Assembly: GCF_006345805.1 (NCBI RefSeq)
Contig: NW_021829589.1
Span: forward strand, 1-42,923
Reading direction: 5' to 3'
Length of the DNA: 42,923 bases
Source: Octopus sinensis
Taxonomy: Eukaryota
Shown: one piece after another, positions 34,405 to 42,923 of the stretch
Numbering within the stretch: the first letter of the stretch is position 1
How the letters are laid out: every line of letters starts with the position of its first letter
Position numbers and translations under genes: made by a program
Notes under the pieces: generated by a model
Told to the model about the DNA's origin: nothing
Databases searched by the model: none
What the model saw: only the letters and a program-made list of their open reading frames with translations

Positions 34405-34483
34405 ATTCAGGTTACAGTGCAGCACACCTAGCTTCGTCTCGTGGCATACCAGTGTGACGCGGCACACCGGTTGCGGAGCACTG
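34405..34483 (+). mobile_element. Possible hAT-type transposon right end
   Basis: ... GACGCGGCACACCGGTTGCGGAGCACTG resembles hAT/Charlie-like termini. Only one end is seen. Confidence 0.35.
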
Positions 34484-34679
34484 GTATAGAACAGCGCCTA
34501 AACGAATACGTCCCAAAAGAAGACAAAGAATATGTAAAGAAGAACTTTTTCCCATGGGGCGCTACGAAATTGCTCTTCGCACACACATACACACAAACAC
34601 ACACACACACTTACACACACACACACACACACACTTACACACACAGACACACACACATATATATATACACATATGTAAC

Positions 34680-34796
34680 CAACCACATGGTTCCACTGCG
34701 TGGCACCTTGGGCAAGTGTCTTCTACTATAGCCTCGGACCGACCAAAGCCTTGTGAGTGGATTTGGTAGACGGAAACTGAAAGAAACTCATCGTAT

Positions 34797-34832
<36 letters not shown>

Positions 34833-35070
34833 ATTATATAATATATATAGCGGTTGTGTGTGTTTGTGTGTCTGTGTTTGTCCCCCTAGCATCGCTTGAC
34901 AACCGATGCTGGTGTGTTTATGTCTCCGTAACTTAGCGGTTCGGCAAAAGGGACCGATAGAATAAGTACTGGGTTACAAAAGAATAAGTGCCGAGGTCGA
35001 GTTGCTCGATTAAAGGGGGTGCTCCAGCATGGCCGCAGTCAGATGACTGAAACAAGTAAAGAGTTAAGAG
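34680..35070 (+). mobile_element. SINE family A, 5'-truncated
   Basis: AACCACATGGTTCC ... GGGGTGCTCCAGCATGGCCGCAGTCAGATGACTGAAAC. Confidence 0.85.
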
Positions 35071-35132
35071 TTGAGAGATATATATATATATATATATAGA
35101 TATATATATATAAATTATGTGTGTGTGTAGAT

Positions 35133-35200
<68 letters not shown>

Positions 35201-35741
35201 TACACAAACGAAGAATTCGCAGAGTAATAAAAAGAACTAATGGAAGAAGTGGAAAGATTATGGCCCTGATTTGGGTGGGAGATGGACACCAGCTCTGGGA
35301 AAATATTTGAATGACAGACAGCAAAGGCAAACCACAGTTGCTTCTAATCTAGTAATGTGCAACTAACTTGAATAAGCATTTTTCAAACTTTTTATCTTCT
35401 GGCGAACCCGTTTGATATGTCTAGCAGTGTTTTGTGTACCCTTTGTAAACAATGAATTGTATAACGGTTAGATATCATAAAACGAGTAATTGTGGGTACA
35501 ATTTTATGGAGACTATAAAACAGATAATGGATAATTTGTTATTATGTTATATTATATTATATTACATTATATTGCATTATATTATGTAATAGAATTATGT
35601 TATTATTTGTTAGTAATTACATTTGGAAACCAAGCCTCACAAGCAACATATTTCATGAAGTTTATACACATACACACATACACACACATATATATATATA
35701 CATACATCACACACCATATACACAACATATCTATCTGTATA

Positions 35742-35797
<56 letters not shown>

Positions 35798-35894
35798 TAT
35801 ATATATACAGAGAGAGAGAGACAGATAGACAGACAGACAGAAAGATTAACAGAGATAGATAGATAGATAGATAGTAGATAGATAGATAGATAGA

Positions 35895-36185
35895 TATTTC
35901 TTTATTAGCCACACAGGGCTGCACACAGATAGAACAATTACAAGGTAGAGCTTTTTTTTGGGGGGTTAAAAAAAAAGAGTGGTGGTTTTCGATCAAAAGG
36001 GATCGTAAAAGGAAAGAAAAAGGACAAAAAAAAGGGGGGGAGAGAAAAAAATGAATATAGGGATCGTTATCACAGAAATGTCAATATGAAGTGTAAAGGG
36101 GAGGACAGGTGAGGTTTACCCGTGGAAAGAAAAGCCTACGGAAAAGACACGGTAACCTCGGTCAATGAAGTCACATGTTATATTC
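35895..36185 (-). mobile_element. LINE-like 3' UTR fragment embedded in (GATA)n (clade uncertain, L1/Tx1-like by inference)
   Basis: Reverse complement has a pyrimidine/U-rich UTR ending CCTTGTAATTGTTCTATCTGTGTGCAGCCCTGTGTGGCTAATAAAGAAAT followed by (ATCT)n. There is (GATA)n on both sides and no ORF is retained. Confidence 0.55.
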
Positions 36186-36208
36186 TTTTTTTTTTAGATA
36201 GATAGATT

Positions 36209-36283
<75 letters not shown>

Positions 36284-36463
36284 TATATTATACAAATGTA
36301 TATATATGTATTATATATATATATATTATATATATATATATATAATATATATATATATATACTCACATGCATACATATATACATATTTATCACAACAATA
36401 TTTACGAAATCTGAAAAGTAGTTGTCTGTGACTACTTCAAAATTCCAGTCTCCTTACAAATCT

Positions 36464-36552
36464 CGCGTACCCTCGGAATTCCTCTCTGCGTACCCTGGTA
36501 ATTGCTATCTGCGTACCCTTAACGGTACGCATAACCCGGTTCGAGGACCCCT
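36464..36552 (+). mobile_element. Possible hAT-type transposon end with GCGTACCC sub-terminal repeats
   Basis: Three GCGTACCC repeats, then GGTACGCATAACCCGGTTCGAGGACCCCT. Confidence 0.4.
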
Positions 36553-36864
36553 CATGTAAAAGATATGGGTAATGGAGGAGAGTGGGCGAGTTCACCGGTA
36601 AAACATAAAACGTAGTCACGTGTATCTTCGCACCTACCCGTTGTAACTAAAACGTAACAGATGTCACTGAGTTACCGTGAAATCAAAACCAAAATTCCAG
36701 CCGAGGTCAAGTCTCCTTTGGGGGTCTTTTTTTTCCATGTCTTTTTAGATTTTGTATATAGCAGAGAAGTCCATCTATTGTGGTCAGCGCAATCGCCTAT
36801 CTCTGGATTACATCTCAAAATATCTGACTCTGTGATTATTTTATTGTTTTTTTTAAATATTTTT

Positions 36865-37078
36865 TGTTTCTTTTACTTGTGACGGTCATCTGACTGCGGC
36901 CGTGCTTGAGCTTCACCTTTAATCGAACGAATCGATCCCAGGACATGTTTCTCGCAAGCCTAGTACTTATTTTATCGGTCACTTTGCTGAACCAATAAGG
37001 TACGAGGACGTAAACACACCAGCATCAGTTGACAAACGATGGTGTGGCGGAGGTACAAACACAGGTACACAAGCATAT

Positions 37079-37154
<76 letters not shown>

Positions 37155-37285
37155 GACGGGCTTCTTTCAGTTTCCGTCAAACAAATCCATTCACAAGGCT
37201 TTGGTCGGCCCAAGGCGATAGTAGAAGACACTTGCCCAAGCTGCCACGCAGTGGGACTGAACCCGGAACCATGTGGTTAGTAAGA
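36865..37285 (-). mobile_element. SINE family A, 5' end abutting the R4/Dong fragment
   Basis: Body GAACCAATAAGGTACGAGGACGTAAACACACC, internal (CA)n(TA)n, and GGGACTGAACCCGGAACCATGTGG. Confidence 0.85.
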
Positions 37286-37289
37286 AAGA

Positions 37290-37942
37290 AAGTCTAAGTG
37301 TAGAATCTGTGGACAAACGGTGAAATCGTATGGCATATTACCAGCCAATCTACACCACAAGCCCAGAAGGAATATAAGAGACGCCACGATAATATAGCCA
37401 GAATTGTCCTTTGGACATTTTGCAACAGGTATGGACTTGACAGAGCAAAAAGTTGGTACGACCACAAACCTGAAGGCATCGTCGAAATTAGAAATGCAAA
37501 GATCCTATGAGATTTTATGATTCAGTACGATCATAAAACAGAATAGAAAGCCATACATAGTCTTAATTGAGAAAGAAAACAAACTATGCTGGATCATAGA
37601 TATAGCGTACCCAGCTGACAAGGTATGCGATAAGGAAGAAAGAAAAGTCGAGAGATATGACAGGTTAGCTTGGGAAGTTAAGCAGTTTGTGGTTGATGAA
37701 AAAAGGTAGCAGTAGTACCAATAACTGTCGGAGTCGTGGGAACAGTGACTAAAAATCTTGAGAAGTACGTATAACAAATAGGGGTTGCAATAAGGGTGGA
37801 GCACTTGCAGGAAACAGCACTGCTTGCAACCGATCGAATACCCCAGAAGGTGCTCGAAAACTAAGGGGTATTACCTTAGTTCACTGGTAGTGAACAGCTG
37901 ACACCGTAGTACATCTCCAGAGTTAGAAGCTGTGCAAAGTCA
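37290..37942 (+). mobile_element. 3' end of an R4/Dong-type non-LTR retrotransposon (CCHC knuckle + RLE domain), pseudogenised, with a (TAA)n tail at 37943-38022
   Basis: With frameshifts: KCRICGQ/GEIVWHITSQS ... KEYKRRHDNIARIVLW ... WYDHKPEGIVE ... KIL*DFMIQ ... NRKPYIVLIEKENKLCWIIDIAYPAD ... VVPITVG ... QKVLEN* (stop 37862-37864). The RKPD motif is mutated to RKPY. Confidence 0.9.
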
Positions 37943-37950
37943 GTAATAAT

Positions 37951-38022
<72 letters not shown>

Positions 38023-38084
38023 TTTAACAACAATCCACCTGTGTCTTGAAGCAACAGCTAGCAGCCATGCTATAAAACATAGGT

Positions 38085-38250
38085 GGATTATTATTATTAT
38101 TATATTTACTATTATCATTACTATTATTATTATATTTATTTTATATATTATTATATTATTACTATTATTATTATTATTATTATTACTATTATTATTATTA
38201 TTATTATTTATTATTATTATTATTACTATTATTATTACTATTATTATTAC

Positions 38251-38295
<45 letters not shown>

Positions 38296-38590
38296 CTATT
38301 ATTATTACTATTATTATTACTATTATTATTATTATTTCTATTATTATTATTATTACTATCATTATTATTACTATTATTACTATTATTATTAAGGTGGTTA
38401 CCTGGCAGAACCGTTAGCAAGCCGGGAGCAAAGCTTAGCGGCATTTCGTCCGTCTGCAGGTTCTGAGTTCAAATTCCTCCCAGGTCGCATTTACCTTTTA
38501 TCCTTTCGGCGGTTGGGGTCGATGCAATCGACTGATCCCCTACCCAGACCGAACCTGCTGGTCTTGTGCCAAATTTCGAAACCATTTCTG
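38085..38590 (+). mobile_element. (ATT/ACT)n of about 300 bp followed by SINE family B (38390-38590)
   Basis: ... ATTATTAAGGTGGTTACCTGGCAGAACCGTTAGCAAG ... GAGTTCAAATTCC. Confidence 0.8.
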
Positions 38591-39190
38591 TAATTATTAT
38601 TATTAACTATTATTAAATGTTGTTGTAATAGATTGTCGCTATGGTGGCTTAGATTTAAAAAAAAAACGACAAAAAAAAATCGTTAACAAGTCATTATCAA
38701 TCGAGAGAATAATCTGCCAAATGACGTCACGGCAGTCTAAAAATAAACCCCATTCAGAAACGCTGATGGTACACGTTGTAAGTCAATGTTTACAAAGTAA
38801 ATATAACGGAATCAGTCTTTTATGATTTATACGTGAAAGTTCTCATTGGTTTTAGATTAAATTGATATGTAACATAAGCAAGCAAAAGACCTTTAGAATT
38901 ACTGGATTGAAAAAGAGAAAGAGCCAGCGAGAAAGAGAGAGTGTATATGTGTGTATAATGTCATGAGATGAAGCATATTTGGCTTTCCATCTCTCTCTCA
39001 AAAGCGTGCACAATTTTATGTAATTCACCAATTTATATAATGTATAAGTTTATTCCACAGCCATTTCTGCTGAGAGAGCTATTATTATTGATTAATATGC
39101 TTGGCCACCGAATTAAATGACCGCGGTTCAGCTTTTTTTTTTCGTTTCATTTTGTGTTTTACGTTGCTACCGACGTGAACCGCTGTTTCG

Positions 39191-39634
39191 CTCTGTGCAA
39201 GCGTTAACCCTCGCTATGGTATACTTCTCCGCAGAGCCGTCTTCAAGTATGGTCACACAAGGGCAGCTACCCGGGGCCCCGCAGATCTGGGGGCCCAGTC
39301 CTAATCAGTATTTGCTGTGGTTTGCTGTCAATAAATATATACTATCAAGAGAAATGTTTAGAGTATTTCGTCTGCCGTTACGTTCTGAGTTCAAATTCCG
39401 CTGATGTCGACTTGCCTTTCATCCATTCGTGGTCGATAAATCAAGTACCAGTTGAGTACTGGGATCGATGTAATCCACTAGTTTCACTCTGTGCAGCGTT
39501 AACCCTCGCTATGTATACTTCTCCGCAGTGCCGTCTTCAAGCATCGTCACACAGGGCAGCTACCTGGGGCCCCAGCAGATCAGTCCTACTAAGTATATGC
39601 TGTGGTTTGCTGTCAATAAATATATACTATCAAG
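39191..39634 (+). repeat. Imperfect direct duplication of about 150 bp (39191-39349 and 39487-39634) around a SINE B fragment
   Basis: Both copies run CTCTGTGCA(A)GCGTTAACCCTCGCTATG ... GCTGTGGTTTGCTGTCAATAAATATATACTATCAAG. Confidence 0.85.
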
Positions 39635-40339
39635 CCCAGTGGATCGATTTGTCCGGGAGCCTGTAGTGCTGCTAAAATGGACCCGGTTCTATATTCATGT
39701 TCTATGGACAAGAGCATAACCAAAAGTTTTTACTATTATTATTCAGGTGCCGAGCTGACAGAATCGTTAGCACGCCGGGCGAAATGCTTTGTAGTATTTC
39801 GTCTGCCGTTACGTTCTGAGTTCAAATTCTGCCGAAGTCGACTTTGCCTTGCATCCTTTCGGGGTCGATAAATCAAGTACCAGTTGAGTACTGGGGTCGA
39901 TGTAATCGACTAGTCCCCCTCCTCACAAGTTTTAGGCCTTGTGCCTTTAGTAGAAAGGATTATTATTGTTATTTCTAAGGCGGTGAGCTGGCAGAATCGT
40001 TAGCACACCGAGTAAAATGCGTAGCTGTATTTCGTCTGCCGCTACGTTCTGAGTTCAAATTCTGCCGGGTCGACGTTCCCTTTCATCTTTCGGGGTCGAT
40101 AAACTAAGTACCAGTTACGTACTGGGGTTCGATATAATCGACTTAATCCGTTTATCTGTCCTTGTTTGTCCTCTGTGTTTAGCTCCCTGTGGGTAAGGTA
40201 TTTCATCTGCCGCTACGTTCTGAGTTCAAATTCGTTCTGAGGTCGACTTTGCCTTTCATCCTTTCAGGGTCGATAAATTCAGTACCAGTGAAACACTGGG
40301 GTTGATGAAATCGACAGGCCCCTTACCCCAAAATTACAG

Positions 40340-40437
40340 TGCCTAGTGTACCCTTATCAGACGGGTAGTCATGATGGGTATACTGGGCTTCGTATATTTT
40401 ACCCCAGTGTCACTTTGATGGCAAGCACTGCCCTCTC
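40340..40437 (+). mobile_element. 5'-truncated copy of family F ending in (AAT)n
   Basis: Reverse complement of 8017-8115. Confidence 0.8.
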
Positions 40438-41247
40438 AATAATAATAATAATAATGATGATGATGATGATGATCATGGCTTCACATTTTGGCACAAGACC
40501 AACAATTTCGGGTGTGTGATTAAGTTGATTATATCAGCCCCAGTACCTCAACTAGTACTTATTATATTGACTCCGAAAGAATGAAAGGCAAAGTCACCCT
40601 CGGCAGATTTGAAATCAGGCCATAAAGACGGACGAAATACAGTTAAGTATTTTTATCCCTCACTGCCTTAACAATAATGGTTTCAAATTTTGGCACAGGG
40701 TCAGCAGTTTCGGGTGAGGGGTTAGATTAATTCGATTACATCGACCCCAGTACTCAACTGGTACTCATTTTATCGACCTGGAAAGGACGAAAGGCAAAGT
40801 CGATCCCGGCTAGATTTGAACTGAGAACGTAAAGTCGAAAGAAACAGCTAAGTTCTTTGTCCTATGCGCCAGCAATTCTGCCAGTTCACTGCCTTAACAA
40901 GCATAAGAATAACGGTTTCAAATTTTGGCACAGGGTTAGAAAGTGTGTGGGTCGATTCCATTGACCCTAATGCTCAAATGGTACTGATTTCATCTACCCC
41001 AGAACGATGAAACTTTAAGACCACCTCGGCGTGATTTGAACCCAGAAACGTACAGATCCAGAAATGCCAACAACAGCAAGAACAACGAGTCTTCGTAGTT
41101 CAATACTTTATTCATATCTAATCAGTCATTCTGTTCTTTACCTGATCGATGTAGATTTGATAATTTTATAAAAATGACTCGAGAGAAAATCTTATCAATT
41201 GATCTTTTGTTTAAGTTGATAGACAAGTATAGGAACCAAAATCTTAC

Positions 41248-41313
41248 CTAATCTCCTCTGGAGGAATAATTATCGCCAGCTGGTTTCCATTCAAGTGAAT
41301 CTCATTGAAAATT
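41248..41313 (-). CDS. Candidate 66-nt symmetric (phase 2-2) micro-exon encoding an LRR-like peptide, IFNEIHLNGNQLAIIIPPEEI
   Basis: Minus strand reads TTATCTGTATAG|AATTTTC ... GAGATTAG|GTAAGA, in a repeat-free patch. The peptide loosely fits LxxLxLxxNxLxxxP. No transcript evidence. Confidence 0.3.
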
Positions 41314-41382
41314 CTATACAGATAACGTTATGTAAATTATTTAAGACAAAATGTCACTGAGGTAGTTTACCAATTTATTACA

Positions 41383-41419
<37 letters not shown>

Positions 41420-41625
41420 GAGGCGGCGAGTTAGTAGAATCGTCAAAACTATGGAAGAAATGTTTTTGTAGTATTTCGTCAGTCTTTACGTTCTGAGTTC
41501 AAACGCCGACGTCGACTATGCATTTCTTCCTTCGGGGTCCATAAAGTAAGTACCAGTTGGTCACTGGAGTCGATTTCATCGACAAGTATCCCCCTCCCGA
41601 AGTTGCTGGCCTTGGGCCAAAATAT

Positions 41626-41700
<75 letters not shown>

Positions 41701-41830
41701 GATAGCGAGTTAGCAGAATCGTTAGCACGTTGGGCCAAATGCTAATCGGCATTTCGTCCGGTTTTACGTTCTGAGTTCAAATCTCAATGGAATAGACTTT
41801 ACCTTTCATCCTTTCGGAGTCGATAACATA

Positions 41831-42099
41831 ATCACCAGTTGAGCACTGGGGCCGATGGAACCGACTAAAATTGCTGGTCTTGTGCCAAGATATGAAATCA
41901 TTATTATTATTATTTTATATTATTTTATTATTATTATTATTATTATATTATTATTTTATATTATTTATTTTTATTTTTATTATTATTATTATATTATTAT
42001 TATTATATTATTATTATTATTATTTTATTATTATCACCAGTTGAGCACTGGGGCCGATGGAACCGACTAAAATTGATGGTCTTGTGCCAAGATATGAAA

Positions 42100-42110
<11 letters not shown>
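41831..42110 (+). repeat. 202-bp-period duplication of a SINE B 3' end plus (ATT)n
   Basis: ATCACCAGTTGAGCACTGGGGCCGATGGAACCGACTAAAATTG ... GATATGAAATCATTATT at 41831 and 42033. Confidence 0.9.
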
Positions 42111-42139
<29 letters not shown>

Positions 42140-42796
42140 CATCATTATTATTGTTATTATTATTATTATCATTTGTAATTCTTAGAATGTGTCGCAACAA
42201 GCTAAATACGAGAGAAGCTCTATGCCGCTAGCTCCCAGTCTGAAGTCCTTGGAACCCTATGTGGTCCACCAAGGTGTTATACTTGTCTGAATTTGTTAGG
42301 TAAGTCACGCTTGAATAATTTGGAGTCTGTGAAGAAACTTGCTTTCAAAACAGATTCCTGGTAGTAAATAACGGAAATGATGAGATTCGCTGTCAGCGTG
42401 GTTACACGTTTTGCTAGAAATAGCAGCAAATCCATCTCAAGTCTATACTCACTTATTCATTAAGCAAGAGATGACACATAAAATAATGTAGCTCTAGAGA
42501 GACGTAGGTAGGTATAAAACATAAGACTATAAAGACACATTCGCACTGACACACGCATATAGAGGCAAACACGTAAGTAGACACACAGAGATGCGTGTGT
42601 GAGAGTGTGTGCGTGTATGTGTGTGAGAGAGGAGAGAGAGAGAAAGAAAGAGAGCGACAGGGAGAGCGACAGGGAGAGCGACAGAGGTAGATTGTTATAC
42701 AGATAGAGAGAGAGGCCGTAGACAAACAGATAGACAGATATAGAGACAGACAGAAAGCAGACAGAGAAACAGGCAGATAGAAAGAGAGATAGATAA

Positions 42797-42869
<73 letters not shown>

Positions 42870-42923
42870 CAGATAATTTAGACAGACAGACAGACAATAT
42901 ATAGATAGATAGATAGATAGATA

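Larger units (their letters stand above)
39735..41900. mobile_element. Dense cluster of at least 8 SINE B units (plus 39735-40340, minus 40470-41060, plus 41420-41900)
   Basis: Repeated GAGTTCAAATT / GTCGACTTTGCCTTTCATCC / AAGTACCAGTT blocks, including a B2 junction at 40197. Confidence 0.85.

Overview
This is about 43 kb of AT-rich, extremely repeat-dense eukaryotic DNA with no complete protein-coding gene, rRNA, functional tRNA or CRISPR array. The mix of tRNA-headed SINEs and long (TA)n, (CA)n, (GATA)n and (ATT)n tracts looks like octopod (cephalopod) intronic or intergenic DNA; this is an inference, not checked against a database. Nearly all ORFs in the supplied track are translations of microsatellites. 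Recognisable content: more than 35 copies or fragments of at least four SINE families (my labels A-D); decayed 3' ends of four non-LTR retroelements (CR1/L2-group, R4/Dong-type RLE, a second RLE family, and a LINE-like 3' UTR); two dead mariner derivatives; a Tigger-like MITE; hAT-like ends; Penelope-like LTR pieces with degenerate minimal hammerhead cores; three minisatellite or satellite arrays; several local duplications; and one weak candidate LRR-like micro-exon. The most interesting signal is retroelement ecology, not a gene. Two SINE tails have apparent LINE partner 3' ends inside this window, one SINE subfamily forms multimers with a fixed internal junction, one SINE head carries three different tails, and several retroelements each end in their own microsatellite type. 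Element boundaries were read by eye and are approximate (about 10 bp) unless termini are quoted.
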